Assembly: GCA_902520495.1 (NCBI GenBank)
Contig: CABYNW010000004.1
Location: 40,995-104,994 of the forward strand
DNA length: 64,000 nt
From: an uncultured SAR86 cluster bacterium
GTDB taxonomy: Bacteria; Pseudomonadota; Gammaproteobacteria; Magnimaribacterales; D2472
Direction: 5' to 3'
The notes under the pieces were generated by a model. The model searched no databases, was not told the origin of the DNA, and was given only the letters and a program-made list of their open reading frames with translations. Every line of letters begins with the position of its first letter. The stretch's first letter is position 1. Below, piece by piece: positions 9,652-20,561 of this stretch. A program made the translations under genes and the position numbers.

Positions 9652-12407
9652 AATCTGGAAGTTTAAAAAGATTACTTGGGTATACTTTTAGATATAAATG
9701 GTCTTTTTTAATTAGTGTAATTGGTTTTATGAGTTTTGCTTTTGCAGATATTGCTGCTGTGGAGTGGATAAGAAGAATTATAGGCTATATAAATTCTGAA
9801 GAAGAAAATTTTAGTTCATTATTAGCACTATCTTTAATATTTATAGCACTAGGAAGGGGTATTGGATTCTTTATAGGTAATTATTTTATGTCTAAGGTTG
9901 GTTTTGGTATAGTTCATGATCTAAGAGAGGAGTTATTTCAAAAACTACATAACCTTCCAAAATCATATTTTGACTCTAATCAATCCGGTCAATTAATTAA
10001 TAGAATTACTTTTACGACGACACAAGTCTCTGGAGCTGCTTCAAATGCAGTTAAAACCCTTATAAGAGAAGGATTCCTTTTAATAGGATTATTCATTTAT
10101 CTAATAATTTTAAATTTTAAATTAACATTATTATTAATAGGCACCGCCCCTCTTATTGCTTTAATTGTTTATGTAGCAGGGAAGAGATTAAAAAAACTTG
10201 CAACAAAAATTCAAACAGCAATGGGAGATGTAACACATATAGCATCTGAAGCTGTCGATGGACATGTTGAAATTAAAAGTTTTAATGCTGAAGAATATGA
10301 AAATTCAAGATTCTTAGTCGCTAATGAATCAAATAGAAATCAAAATTTAAAATTAGAAGCAACTGGAAATATGGCAACCCCAATCATACAAGTTCTTGTT
10401 TCGATTTCTTTATCTATAGTTGCATATTTTGCATTAGGAGCTCAGTTAGGAATTTCATTAGATGCAGAAACATTTGTAGCTTTTTTTACAGCAGCAGGTC
10501 TAATGGCAAAACCAATTAGACAACTTTCAAATATAAACATGATTGTTCAAAAAGGTCTTGCAGCTGCAAATGAAATATTTGATCAGCTGGATCAAGATGT
10601 CGAGCATGATGATGGAACTAATGACAGCCCTATAGATGGGCATATTGAATTTAAAAATATAGATTTCTCATATGAAACAGGATCTCAAATCTTATCTAAT
10701 ATTAATTTTTCTATAAATAAGAATGAAACAGTGGCTATTGTTGGAAAATCAGGCTCAGGAAAATCCACTATAGCCAATCTGATACCAAGATTTTACAATC
10801 ACACTTCTGGAGAAATTTTAATTGATAATATTCCAGTATCTGAATTCTCATTACCCCATCTTAGATCCTCCATTTCTATAGTTAATCAATCACCGTCTTT
10901 ATTTAATGACACTATCGCTAAAAATATTGCATATGGTGATAAATCTATTGATGTAGATAAGTTAAAAGAATCAGCTAAGTTATCTGGATGTGATGAGTTT
11001 ATTTCAAATTTGCCAGAAGGATATGAGTCTGAAATTGGAGATGATGGTGTTCTTTTATCCGGCGGTCAGAGACAAAGATTGGCTATAGCAAGAGCATTTT
11101 ATAAAGACTCACCTATAATTATTTTAGATGAAGCTACATCATCACTCGATACAGAATCTGAACTGATTGTTCAAGAAGCCTTAGAAAAATTAATTACAAA
11201 TAGAACAACTATTGTTATTGCGCATAGGCTATCAACTATTGAAAATGCATCTAAAATTATTGTTCTAGATAAAGGTGAAATAATAGAATCAGGCAGTCAT
11301 GATGAATTAATTAATAATAAATCTGTATATCACTCTTTATATAAAAATAAATTTGAAGACTCACCAAAATCAAACTTACCCATATCTCAATCTACCCAAT
11401 TGTTTATGCCAGAATATGAAGACGAAGAGACCAGTAGTTTTGTTGTTGATAGTTGGTACAAAAAGAGTTTATGGCTGTACTTACTTTATCCATTTTCACT
11501 CATTTTTTCATATTTAACTAACAGAAGAAGAGGAAAATATCTAAAAAATAATATCAAATCATATAAATCAGAAGTACCAATAATCGTTGTAGGTAATCTT
11601 ACTATCGGCGGTACTGGAAAAACACCATTAGTAAAACACATTGCAAATGAGTTGATCAAGAGAGGATATAAGCCTGGTATAGTCAGTAGGGGATATGGAG
11701 GTAATTTTAAAGAAACACTTAAAGTTAATGAAGATACGCCAGTAAAAGAAACTGGTGATGAGGCACAAATTTTAGCTAAATTGAACATACCATTTTATAT
11801 TGACAAAAACAGAGTCAGAGCTGTAAAAACACTCACAAACAATCATAATTGTGATGTAATTATTTCAGATGATGGCCTACAACATTACCCATTGGCCAGA
11901 GATATAGAGATTGCAGTAATAGACGGCAAAAGAAGATTTGGTAATAATTTAACTTTTCCAGCTGGACCTTTAAGAGAATCTAAAAATAGATTAAAAACTG
12001 TTGATTTTGTAGTCAATAATAGCGGACCAACAGATGAAGATGAATATTTGATGAGCATCAGCCCATCTAATTTTATTCATTTAAAATCTGGTAAATCATA
12101 CTCAATTGATAATTGGCCTATGCATAAACAAGTGCATGCTGTGGCTGGATTAGGAAATCCTGGAAGGTTTTTTGATTTACTAGAAAAATTAGGTTTTGAT
12201 ATTATCAGACACCCATTTCCTGATCATCATAATTTCTTGTCTAGTGATATTTTTTATTTAGATCATTTGCCTATTGTTATGACTGAAAAGGATGCTTCGA
12301 AATGTAAAGATTTTGATAATAATAAAATATGGTATTTAACAATTGATGCAGATGTTAGCAATAAATTTATAGAAAAACTTGATAGAAAACTACAATCAAT
12401 CAATTGA
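9648..12407 (+). CDS. msbA-lpxK: fused lipid A export ABC transporter MsbA / tetraacyldisaccharide 4'-kinase LpxK
   Basis: One uninterrupted 919-aa frame. Residues 1-569 form a 6-TM ABC exporter plus NBD (GKSGSGKST, LSGGQRQR, IIILDEATSSLD) that ends like MsbA (YHSLYKNKF). Residues about 601-919 match LpxK from its own N-terminus: hydrophobic helix SLWLYLLYPFSLIFSYL, then the P-loop VPIIVVGNLTIGGTGKTP. An acidic/Ser/Pro linker is encoded at 11355-11447. Confidence 0.85.
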   Translation: MKSGSLKRLLGYTFRYKWSFLISVIGFMSFAFADIAAVEWIRRIIGYINSEEENFSSLLALSLIFIALGRGIGFFIGNYFMSKVGFGIVHDLREELFQKLHNLPKSYFDSNQSGQLINRITFTTTQVSGAASNAVKTLIREGFLLIGLFIYLIILNFKLTLLLIGTAPLIALIVYVAGKRLKKLATKIQTAMGDVTHIASEAVDGHVEIKSFNAEEYENSRFLVANESNRNQNLKLEATGNMATPIIQVLVSISLSIVAYFALGAQLGISLDAETFVAFFTAAGLMAKPIRQLSNINMIVQKGLAAANEIFDQLDQDVEHDDGTNDSPIDGHIEFKNIDFSYETGSQILSNINFSINKNETVAIVGKSGSGKSTIANLIPRFYNHTSGEILIDNIPVSEFSLPHLRSSISIVNQSPSLFNDTIAKNIAYGDKSIDVDKLKESAKLSGCDEFISNLPEGYESEIGDDGVLLSGGQRQRLAIARAFYKDSPIIILDEATSSLDTESELIVQEALEKLITNRTTIVIAHRLSTIENASKIIVLDKGEIIESGSHDELINNKSVYHSLYKNKFEDSPKSNLPISQSTQLFMPEYEDEETSSFVVDSWYKKSLWLYLLYPFSLIFSYLTNRRRGKYLKNNIKSYKSEVPIIVVGNLTIGGTGKTPLVKHIANELIKRGYKPGIVSRGYGGNFKETLKVNEDTPVKETGDEAQILAKLNIPFYIDKNRVRAVKTLTNNHNCDVIISDDGLQHYPLARDIEIAVIDGKRRFGNNLTFPAGPLRESKNRLKTVDFVVNNSGPTDEDEYLMSISPSNFIHLKSGKSYSIDNWPMHKQVHAVAGLGNPGRFFDLLEKLGFDIIRHPFPDHHNFLSSDIFYLDHLPIVMTEKDASKCKDFDNNKIWYLTIDADVSNKFIEKLDRKLQSIN

Positions 12408-12408
12408 T

Positions 12409-13113
12409 ATGAAGCAAAACTTTTGTATTATCATTCCATCACGAATTGGATCTACTAGATTAAAAAATAAGCCGCTTGTAGATTTAAATGGTAAGTCATT
12501 AATTCAAAGGGTTTATCTTAATGCGCAAAGCATTACATCAGATACTTATGTTGCAACAGATTCAGAATTAATAAAAGATAATCTTAAAGATTTTAGTGAG
12601 AATGTTGTAATGACTTCAGGAGATCATATATCTGGAACTGATAGGATATGTGAGGCTGCAAATAAATTAAAAATTAATCAAAATACTCTAATAATAAACC
12701 TTCAAGGTGATGAGCCCTTTGTACCAAAAAATTTAATAACAAAGCTTATAGAAGATTACTATCAATCTTCGTGCGATATAGTTACATCATGCACGCCTAT
12801 AATATCTTCTTTTGATTTAACAAATCCAAATTGTGTTTTAGTTGAGGTTGATAAATATAATTTCGCGACAAAGTTCACAAGGGTAGAGTCGTTAGATAAT
12901 CCTATGAGGCACATAGGGATATATGGTTATTCTTTAGAAACATTGAATAAACTTGTAAATCTAAAGCCAACAAAGAATGAATTAGAATTAAAATTAGAAC
13001 AGCTTCGATTTATAGAAAATGGGTATTCTATATTTGTCTCAAAACATAATGATCAAATACCAAATGGTATTGATACTCCAGAAGATGTAATTGATGCAAA
13101 TCTTTATCTATAG
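12409..13113 (+). CDS. kdsB: 3-deoxy-manno-octulosonate cytidylyltransferase
   Basis: The track start (TTG 12379) lies inside the upstream gene. The conserved KdsB N-terminus MKQNFCIIIPSRIGSTRLKNKPL begins at ATG 12409, 1 nt after the msbA-lpxK stop. 234 aa, with the NLQGDEPF block. Confidence 0.9.
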   Translation: MKQNFCIIIPSRIGSTRLKNKPLVDLNGKSLIQRVYLNAQSITSDTYVATDSELIKDNLKDFSENVVMTSGDHISGTDRICEAANKLKINQNTLIINLQGDEPFVPKNLITKLIEDYYQSSCDIVTSCTPIISSFDLTNPNCVLVEVDKYNFATKFTRVESLDNPMRHIGIYGYSLETLNKLVNLKPTKNELELKLEQLRFIENGYSIFVSKHNDQIPNGIDTPEDVIDANLYL

Positions 13114-13117
13114 ATAA

Positions 13118-14122
13118 ATGCAAATATATAAGAATCATCCTATTAAAAACTCACTTAAAGTTAAATCATTGACTAAATTCTATATAGAAATAGATGACTC
13201 TGATGATTTTAATAAATTAAATAATTTCATAATGAAACATAAGTTACCAGTAATAATTTTAGGTGAGGGGACAAATATAATTCCTCCAAGTCAATTTCAA
13301 GGCATTGTGGTTAAACCTATATTTAATAATATAGAAGTTAGTAAAAAAATTAATAGTGTTTCAGTTGGATCATCTATTAATTGGCACGAATTAGTAAAAA
13401 AAATGATTGAAATTGATATATATGGATTTGAGAATTTATCATTAATACCAGGTACTGTTGGTGCAGCACCTATTCAGAATATTGGCGCCTATGGACAAGA
13501 GATTTCTAATTTAATTAATGAGGTTCACTGTTATGATTATATTGAAGGGAGGTTTGTAAAATTATCAAATAGCGATTGTAAATTTTCATATAGAAAATCG
13601 TCTCTTCAATACCGTAATTTATTAATATATAAAGTAGTTTTTAAAACTGATGCACCGCATGTATTGAACTTAAACTATAAATCTATTCAAGATTATATTG
13701 ATGATAATGAATTGGATAAATCTAATATAGATCTAAATACTATTTCAAAAATTATTTGTAAGATTAGAAATAAAAATTTACCGGATCCTAAAGAAATACC
13801 TAATGTTGGTAGTTTTTTTAAAAACCCAATTATAAATATAGAAGATATTGATCTTAAGGCATTCTCAGTAAATGATTTAATTATTTGGAAAATAAATGAC
13901 AAAACTATAAAGGTTGGAGCTGCTAGATTAATTGATCTTATAAAAAATAAAATAAATGAAGATAAAAACATTGCTATTTATAAAAATCATTCATTAGTAC
14001 TAACTACTAATGCTAAGAGTAACCAAGAAGAAGTTTTAAGATTTGCAAATCAAATCCAGATCTTAGTATTTGATACTTTTAATATACATCTTGAAATAGA
14101 ACCAACGGTAATAACTAACTAA
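13118..14122 (+). CDS. murB: UDP-N-acetylenolpyruvoylglucosamine reductase
   Basis: 334 aa. FAD-binding PCMH-type N-domain (ILGEGTNI, GAAPIQNIGAYG) and MurB C-terminal blocks (CKFSYRKS, GSFFKNP). Confidence 0.9.
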   Translation: MQIYKNHPIKNSLKVKSLTKFYIEIDDSDDFNKLNNFIMKHKLPVIILGEGTNIIPPSQFQGIVVKPIFNNIEVSKKINSVSVGSSINWHELVKKMIEIDIYGFENLSLIPGTVGAAPIQNIGAYGQEISNLINEVHCYDYIEGRFVKLSNSDCKFSYRKSSLQYRNLLIYKVVFKTDAPHVLNLNYKSIQDYIDDNELDKSNIDLNTISKIICKIRNKNLPDPKEIPNVGSFFKNPIINIEDIDLKAFSVNDLIIWKINDKTIKVGAARLIDLIKNKINEDKNIAIYKNHSLVLTTNAKSNQEEVLRFANQIQILVFDTFNIHLEIEPTVITN

Positions 14123-14124
14123 AT

Positions 14125-14733
14125 ATGTTTATATGGTCTGCTATAGCTCATTTTATAGCATTAACAAGTCCAGGACCTGATACAGTAATTGTCATTAGGC
14201 AAGTTTCTTTATACGGAAGAATTGAAGGCTATAAAGCATCTATAGGTATTGGCATTGGTATATTTATACACTGCTTGTTAGCTGTTAATGGCCTTTCACT
14301 TATAGTTTTATCAAATGATTTATATAAATTGATAATCAGTATTATTGGAAGTATTTATATTTTCTATCTAGGCATATCAATGCTTTTAAATAATGAGCCA
14401 ACATCTACATCTGTTAAAAAAGTTGTTGAAAATAAAAATAGTATTTTAATAGGACTCATAACCAACATATTTAATGTAAAAGCTTTTTTATTTTTTGTTT
14501 CGTTATTTACAATTTTGATTGATTCAATAAACAACATATTTTTTTATATTTTTCCTATTTATTTTGCTGTTACATCTGCATTATGGTTTAGCTTTTTAAG
14601 CTATATAATGACAATATCAAGTAACAAAAATTTTAATATATATTCTAATAAAATCATTTCATCATTTATGGCCTTAATATTATGTTTAATCGGGTTATTG
14701 ATATTTGTAAGATCAATTTATGACTATTTCTAA
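14125..14733 (+). CDS. LysE/RhtB-family amino-acid exporter
   Basis: 202 aa, about 6 TM. N-terminal LysE-type motif (ALTSPGPD). Confidence 0.75.
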   Translation: MFIWSAIAHFIALTSPGPDTVIVIRQVSLYGRIEGYKASIGIGIGIFIHCLLAVNGLSLIVLSNDLYKLIISIIGSIYIFYLGISMLLNNEPTSTSVKKVVENKNSILIGLITNIFNVKAFLFFVSLFTILIDSINNIFFYIFPIYFAVTSALWFSFLSYIMTISSNKNFNIYSNKIISSFMALILCLIGLLIFVRSIYDYF

Positions 14734-15250
14734 AATTACAAATGACCTAAAAGGTTATGACAAATTTCCTCCTGTAGATAAATGGAACCCTGCTATATGC
14801 GAAGGCCAAGAATTTTATATAGATAGAGAGGGTAGTTGGTTTTATAATAATTCGCCAATAAAAAATATTAAATTACTTAATCTATTTTCTACAGTTTTAA
14901 AAAAAGAAACAGATAGTTATTATTTAGTAACACCAGTTGAAAAAGTTCCTGTAAAAGTTGAGCTAGCCCCATACGTTATAATTGATTTTAAAATAAATGA
15001 TGATTCTGTTCTTTTGACTACCAATTTGAATTATGAATTTATTTTAGACAAAAATAATTCAACAAGATTAATAAAATATGGAGATTCATATATTCCTATC
15101 GCGACGGTAAGAAGCAATATCGAAGGTTTTTTTAATAGAAACACTTATTACAATTTAGTTGAAATTGCACTTAATAATGAATATATAAATGATGAAATCG
15201 TTTATATTCCGAGCAATAAAATAAATCATCCTATTGGTAAAAATGCATAA
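14720..15250 (+). CDS. DUF1285 domain-containing protein
   Basis: 176 aa. The N-terminal block [31 protein letters not shown] matches my recollection of the DUF1285 family. 14-nt overlap with the upstream gene. Confidence 0.65.
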   Translation: MTISKITNDLKGYDKFPPVDKWNPAICEGQEFYIDREGSWFYNNSPIKNIKLLNLFSTVLKKETDSYYLVTPVEKVPVKVELAPYVIIDFKINDDSVLLTTNLNYEFILDKNNSTRLIKYGDSYIPIATVRSNIEGFFNRNTYYNLVEIALNNEYINDEIVYIPSNKINHPIGKNA

Positions 15251-15371
15251 AAAACTTCAACTTGAGCAAAAAACTTGTCCAGTTTGTATGAAATCCTTTA
15301 ATTGGAGGAAGAAATGGAAAAAAGATTGGGATAATGTTATTTATTGCAGCGAGAGGTGTAAGAAATCTAAG
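15243..15371 (+). CDS. DUF2256-type small zinc-ribbon protein (42 aa)
   Basis: Below the ORF-track size cut-off and found by manual translation: [42 protein letters not shown]. It has CxxC ... CSxxC and the WRKKW block typical of DUF2256. It overlaps the DUF1285 gene by 8 nt and the convergent DUF885 gene by 5 nt. Confidence 0.65.
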
Positions 15372-17163
15372 AATTCAATGTTTCGTCAATCCACTGATTA
15401 ATATAAAATTCTAGTAAATCCAATGGGAGAGATCCTCTTTTAAGTACTTCATAGTGAAAATCTTTAATATCGTATTTATCACCCAACATAGACTCTGCCT
15501 TATCTCTTAGTTCAAGAATCTTTAATTGACCAATCTTATATGCAAGCGCTTGACCTGGCCAAGCTATATATCTGTCAACCTCATTGTTAATATCAAGCTC
15601 TGATTTAGCTGAGTTTTCTAGGAAAAGATTAATTGCATCTTCTCTAGACCAATCCATGTAATGCATTCCAGTATCAACAACTAATCTTATAGCTCTCCAC
15701 ATGTCATAAGTAAGCTGACCAAATTTATCATATGGATCATCATATATATTCATGTACTCACCTAATTCTTCGCTATATAAACCCCAACCCTCAACAAATG
15801 CTGTTATGCCTTGATATTTTCGAAATGTTGGAACATTTTCTAATTCTTGAGCAATAGATATTTGAAAATGATGTCCTGGAACTGCTTCATGAACTGTTAA
15901 AACAGGTATTTCGTATTTTGGCCTTGATTCTGGTTTATATAAATTTGCGTAAAAATACCCTGGTCTACCTGGGCTAGGGCTATTGTAATAGGCTGTAGTA
16001 GTAAATGGTGCTGATTCAGCTGGTATTGGTATTACTCCATAAGGTGCTCTGGGGAAAGTTTTAAACAGTTTTGGTAATAAAGGATCAATGGTTTTCGACA
16101 TTATTAAATATGCATTGAATAAGTCATCAGCATTATCATAATAAAATCTTGGACTGGTTCTTAAATAGTTTAAAAACGAATCAAAGTCGCCATCCCAGTT
16201 CACCTCTTTTATTATTTCTTCCATCTCTGAGCGTATTCTTTTTATTTCAGCTAGACCAATATTATGAATTTCATCAGGTGTTAAATTTGTTGTTGTATAT
16301 TTTTTTGATAAATATTCATAATATTTTTTACCATCAGGAATATCCTTAATTCCAATTGAATTTCTTGAATTTGGAAGATATTCATTTTTAAGAAATTCAT
16401 TTAGTTTTTCATAAGCAGGATTAATTTTATTTAAGATAATATCTTTAGCATTTATTATTAAATCATTTTTTTCATTATCAGATAGTATTGAGGTGTCAGC
16501 TTCCAAAAAAACTTTAAGATAGGGGTTAGATTCTATATCTGAATTAATCACTCCATCTATTTGTGAGATAACACCTTGAGTAACTAATTTAGGTTGCGTG
16601 TAACCTTTTTGGAGACCTTCTTTATTAATTTCATAAGAGTTATAAATATTATCAGCAAATTGTTCCATTCTTGATAGCCAGTCTAGGTAATCTTGTTTTG
16701 ACGTGTAAACTAGTCGATTGCCAGTTTCATAGAAACTTTGAATGCCTCCTCTTTGATTTAATCTAAGAAAATAGGTCGGAAATTTATTTGCATCTATATC
16801 ATTTTTAAGTTCAAATTCCATTAATTTATAATTTAATTTATTATCATCATTGAGTTTATTAAGATTAAAATTTTTTAATTTTTCATAAGAATCTAGATTT
16901 GATTTTTTAGATAAATTAAATTCATCAATGCTGTTAGATCTAATTTTGTTATTTGATCTTTTGTCGCCTGTATATGTTGCAAATAATGGGTTTTCATTAA
17001 GAGTTTTTTCCCATTCGTTATCTAAAAATTCAACAAATATTTTATTTTCATCTATTTCCTTAACAACATCAGACTCTATGATATAAATTTCAGGTTCCAC
17101 TGAAGCACACGAATATATTGTCGAAATGAAAATACTTATAGTAATAAAGCTATATCTATTCAT
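15367..17163 (-). CDS. DUF885-family exported (lipo)protein, metallopeptidase-like
   Basis: The track start (17211) lies inside the ETF-QO gene. The likely start is ATG 17163 ([21 protein letters not shown], a signal peptide with a lipobox-like Cys). DUF885 hallmark [16 protein letters not shown] 1-nt overlap with the upstream gene. Confidence 0.75.
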   Translation of the reverse strand: MNRYSFITISIFISTIYSCASVEPEIYIIESDVVKEIDENKIFVEFLDNEWEKTLNENPLFATYTGDKRSNNKIRSNSIDEFNLSKKSNLDSYEKLKNFNLNKLNDDNKLNYKLMEFELKNDIDANKFPTYFLRLNQRGGIQSFYETGNRLVYTSKQDYLDWLSRMEQFADNIYNSYEINKEGLQKGYTQPKLVTQGVISQIDGVINSDIESNPYLKVFLEADTSILSDNEKNDLIINAKDIILNKINPAYEKLNEFLKNEYLPNSRNSIGIKDIPDGKKYYEYLSKKYTTTNLTPDEIHNIGLAEIKRIRSEMEEIIKEVNWDGDFDSFLNYLRTSPRFYYDNADDLFNAYLIMSKTIDPLLPKLFKTFPRAPYGVIPIPAESAPFTTTAYYNSPSPGRPGYFYANLYKPESRPKYEIPVLTVHEAVPGHHFQISIAQELENVPTFRKYQGITAFVEGWGLYSEELGEYMNIYDDPYDKFGQLTYDMWRAIRLVVDTGMHYMDWSREDAINLFLENSAKSELDINNEVDRYIAWPGQALAYKIGQLKILELRDKAESMLGDKYDIKDFHYEVLKRGSLPLDLLEFYINQWIDETLNS

Positions 17164-18785
17164 TACATATTTGGATAGTTGGGGCCACCTGGGCCTTCTG
17201 GAGTTACCCAATTTATATTCTGTGATGGATCTTTAATATCACATGTTTTGCAATGTACACAGTTTTGAGCATTGATAACAAATTTTTTTTCATTATCTTT
17301 TTCTACAACCTCATATACACCAGCAGGACAGTATCTCTGAGCAGGCTCATCATACATTGGAAGATTTACGGCGATGGGTATCGAAGCATCCTTTAATTGT
17401 AAATGACATGGCTGATCTTCTTCATGATTAGTGTTGGATAAATACACAGAAGAAAGCTTATCAAATGAATATTTCCCGTCTGGTTTTGGATATTCTATTT
17501 TTGGCATGTCATCAGCTTTTTCTAAACATGCATAATCTGGAGTAGAGTGATTCATTGTAAAGGGGAGATTTCCTCTAAATATGAATTGATCTATCACATT
17601 AAACGCTGAACCAAATAAAGCACCAAATTTATGGAATATTGGACCAAAATTTCTTGATTTATATAATTCATTGTAAATCCATGATTTTTTTATTTTTGAA
17701 TCAAAATCGGTAGTGACATTATTTTGCAAAAATTCAAAAACATGCTCTCCTGCAATTTGGCCTGATTTCATTGCAGTATGAGATCCTTTAATCTTTGAAA
17801 AAACTAAAGTTCCAGCATTACATCCGATTAAAAGACCGCCAGGAAATTCCATTTTTGGAAGAGACTGAAGACCACCTTTTATCAAAGCTCTTGCACCGTA
17901 GGATAATCTTTCACCTCCAACTAGATATTTCTTTATTGAAGGATGAGTTTTCCATCTTTGAAATTCATCAAAAGGACTAAGATGAGGATTTTTATAATCT
18001 AATGGAATAACAAATCCAATGTAAGCTTCATTATTCTCACCATGATAAAAATATGAGCCAGCTGCTATATCTGGAGTAGGCCAACCATTTGTGTGTATTA
18101 CCAGACCTTCTTCATGTAATTTTGGATCAAGCTTCCATACCTCCTTAAATCCTATTCCATAATGCTGAGGATCTTTACCATCAGACAAATTAAATTTACT
18201 AATTACTTGTTTACCCAAATGACCTCTACAGCCTTCACCAAGTACAGTCATTTTTGCTTTAATGTTTATGCCTGGCTCACTTGCATCTTTTAATTCACCA
18301 CTTTCTGATATTCCCATGTCGCCGGTTTGAACACCAACAACTTTATCATCTTCTATTAACAGTTTACTTGCTGGAAACCCTGGAAATATTTCAACTCCTA
18401 AACTTTCTGCATGTTCACCAAGCCATCTACAGAGATTTCCTAGACTTATGACATAATTGCCGTGATTATTCATTGCTGGCATTACAAATGGTGGAACTGG
18501 TATGCCAATATTTTTTAAAAAATAAAATATTTTATCCTTCTTAACCGGAACATTGAGTGGAGCATTTAATTCTTTCCAATTTGGAATTAATTCATCTAAT
18601 GCATTTGGTTGGAAAACATTACCAGAAAGAATGTGGGCACCAATTTCTGAACCCTTTTCAAGCAAACATATAGAGTAATTTGTATTGTTTTTATTATTAA
18701 GTTGTGCAAATTTAATAGCTGTAGCAAGGCCTGATGGACCGCCACCAACAATCACAACATCATATTCCATAGTTTCTCTGTGCAT
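17163..18785 (-). CDS. electron-transfer flavoprotein:ubiquinone oxidoreductase (ETF-QO)
   Basis: 540 aa. FAD dinucleotide motif YDVVIVGGGPSGL and a C-terminal 4Fe-4S region (CPAGVYE ... AQNCVHCKTCDIKDP). Divergent from etfBA. Confidence 0.9.
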   Translation of the reverse strand: MHRETMEYDVVIVGGGPSGLATAIKFAQLNNKNNTNYSICLLEKGSEIGAHILSGNVFQPNALDELIPNWKELNAPLNVPVKKDKIFYFLKNIGIPVPPFVMPAMNNHGNYVISLGNLCRWLGEHAESLGVEIFPGFPASKLLIEDDKVVGVQTGDMGISESGELKDASEPGINIKAKMTVLGEGCRGHLGKQVISKFNLSDGKDPQHYGIGFKEVWKLDPKLHEEGLVIHTNGWPTPDIAAGSYFYHGENNEAYIGFVIPLDYKNPHLSPFDEFQRWKTHPSIKKYLVGGERLSYGARALIKGGLQSLPKMEFPGGLLIGCNAGTLVFSKIKGSHTAMKSGQIAGEHVFEFLQNNVTTDFDSKIKKSWIYNELYKSRNFGPIFHKFGALFGSAFNVIDQFIFRGNLPFTMNHSTPDYACLEKADDMPKIEYPKPDGKYSFDKLSSVYLSNTNHEEDQPCHLQLKDASIPIAVNLPMYDEPAQRYCPAGVYEVVEKDNEKKFVINAQNCVHCKTCDIKDPSQNINWVTPEGPGGPNYPNM

Positions 18786-18875
18786 AGGATCCTTTATTAA
18801 ATAAAAGTGTAATTATTAAGTTAAATACTTTACAATTATAGCCTCTTATAAGTACCAATTATATAAAATATAGTT

Positions 18876-19628
18876 ATGAAAATTTTAGTACCAATTAAAC
18901 GAGTTGTAGACTATAACGTTAAGGTAAGGCCACTTTCTGATAATTCAAATGTAGATTTAAATAATGTAAAGATGTCCGTAAATCCATTTTGTGAAATAGC
19001 AATTGAGGAAGCAGTTAGATTAAAAGAATCTGGTAAAGCCACTGAAGTGATTGCTGTTTCAGTGGGTAAATCTGACTCACAAGAGCAATTAAGAACTGCA
19101 TTAGCTCTTGGGGCTGACAGAGCTATATTAGTAGAAACTGACTTATTATTGGAACCACTAGCAATAGCCAAAGTTTTACAAAAAGTTATTGAAGACGAAA
19201 GTCCAGATCTTGTCATTTTAGGCAAGCAGGCTATTGATGGTGACAACAACCAAACAGGACAAATGTTAGGCGCATTAATGGACTATCCTCAAGCAACAAA
19301 TGCTTCAGAACTTGTTATTGATGACTCCTCGGTTAAAGTCACTCGAGAAATCGATGGCGGCCTTCAAACACTTGAATTAACAATTCCAGCCATCGTTACA
19401 ACAGACCTTAGATTAAATGAACCAAGATATGCTTCGTTACCAAATATTATGAAGGCAAAGAAAAAGGAACTTACTGTTAAATCTGCCCAAGATATAGGTG
19501 TTGATATAAGTCCACGTACAGAGCTTTTATCAGTTGAACTCCCGCCAACTCGTGAAGCTGGTGTTATCGTAGAATCAGTAGATCAACTAGTTGATAAATT
19601 AAAAAATGAAGCAAAGGTGATTCAATGA
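18876..19628 (+). CDS. etfB: electron transfer flavoprotein subunit beta
   Basis: 250 aa. Typical EtfB N-terminus [13 protein letters not shown] and conserved blocks. 4-nt overlap with etfA. Confidence 0.9.
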   Translation: MKILVPIKRVVDYNVKVRPLSDNSNVDLNNVKMSVNPFCEIAIEEAVRLKESGKATEVIAVSVGKSDSQEQLRTALALGADRAILVETDLLLEPLAIAKVLQKVIEDESPDLVILGKQAIDGDNNQTGQMLGALMDYPQATNASELVIDDSSVKVTREIDGGLQTLELTIPAIVTTDLRLNEPRYASLPNIMKAKKKELTVKSAQDIGVDISPRTELLSVELPPTREAGVIVESVDQLVDKLKNEAKVIQ

Positions 19629-20554
19629 GTATTCTAGTTATAGCTGAACATGACAATAATAATTTAAAAGGTTCAACATTAAATACTGTAATGGCTGCTA
19701 CTATGCTATCAGGCGAGATAACATTATTAGTTGCTGGTAGTAACATTGATAATGTCATTAGCGAGTCTCAATCACTGGATGGTGTTTCAAAAATACTTAA
19801 ATGTGACAGTGAGATTTATTCAAACCTTATTGCAGAAGATTTATCAGCATTAATCCTTTCTAATTGTGAAGGCTTTACACATATTCTTGCTCCTGCAACC
19901 ACTTTTGGTAAAAATTTAATGCCAAGAGTTTCAGCAAAACTAGATTCACAACAAATATCAGATATTATTTCTGTAGAGAAAGATGATACTTTCAAAAGAC
20001 CAATTTATGCAGGAAGCTGTATTGCAACTGTAAAATCTAATGATAATATTAAAGTTATTACAGTAAGATCAACAGCATTTGATGGCGTAACAAAAAATAA
20101 CTCTGGTATTGAAGTTGTAGAGATTAATGATGAAGGGTCATCAGGGATAAGTAAATTTGTTGGTGAGGAATTAGCACAAAGTGATAGACCGGAACTAACA
20201 GCTGCTAATATAGTAATTTCTGGTGGAAGAGGTATGCAATCTGGAGATAATTTCCATCTTCTTGATTCTATAGCTGATAAACTTGGAGCTGCCGTTGGGG
20301 CTTCTAGAGCTGCTGTTGATGCGGGTTTTGTTCCAAACGACTACCAGGTTGGACAGACAGGAAAAATTGTTGCACCTGATCTATATATCGCAGTAGGTAT
20401 TTCTGGAGCTATACAACATTTAGCTGGCATGAAAGACTCAAAAGTTATAGTTGCAATAAATAAAGATGAGGATGCTCCAATATTTCAAGTAGCGGACTAT
20501 GGACTTGTCGCTGATTTATTTACAGCTTTACCAGAGTTAGACTCATCTCTTTAA
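19625..20554 (+). CDS. etfA: electron transfer flavoprotein subunit alpha
   Basis: 309 aa. C-terminal FAD-binding signature [37 protein letters not shown]. Confidence 0.9.
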   Translation: MSILVIAEHDNNNLKGSTLNTVMAATMLSGEITLLVAGSNIDNVISESQSLDGVSKILKCDSEIYSNLIAEDLSALILSNCEGFTHILAPATTFGKNLMPRVSAKLDSQQISDIISVEKDDTFKRPIYAGSCIATVKSNDNIKVITVRSTAFDGVTKNNSGIEVVEINDEGSSGISKFVGEELAQSDRPELTAANIVISGGRGMQSGDNFHLLDSIADKLGAAVGASRAAVDAGFVPNDYQVGQTGKIVAPDLYIAVGISGAIQHLAGMKDSKVIVAINKDEDAPIFQVADYGLVADLFTALPELDSSL

Positions 20555-20561
20555 TAATAAA

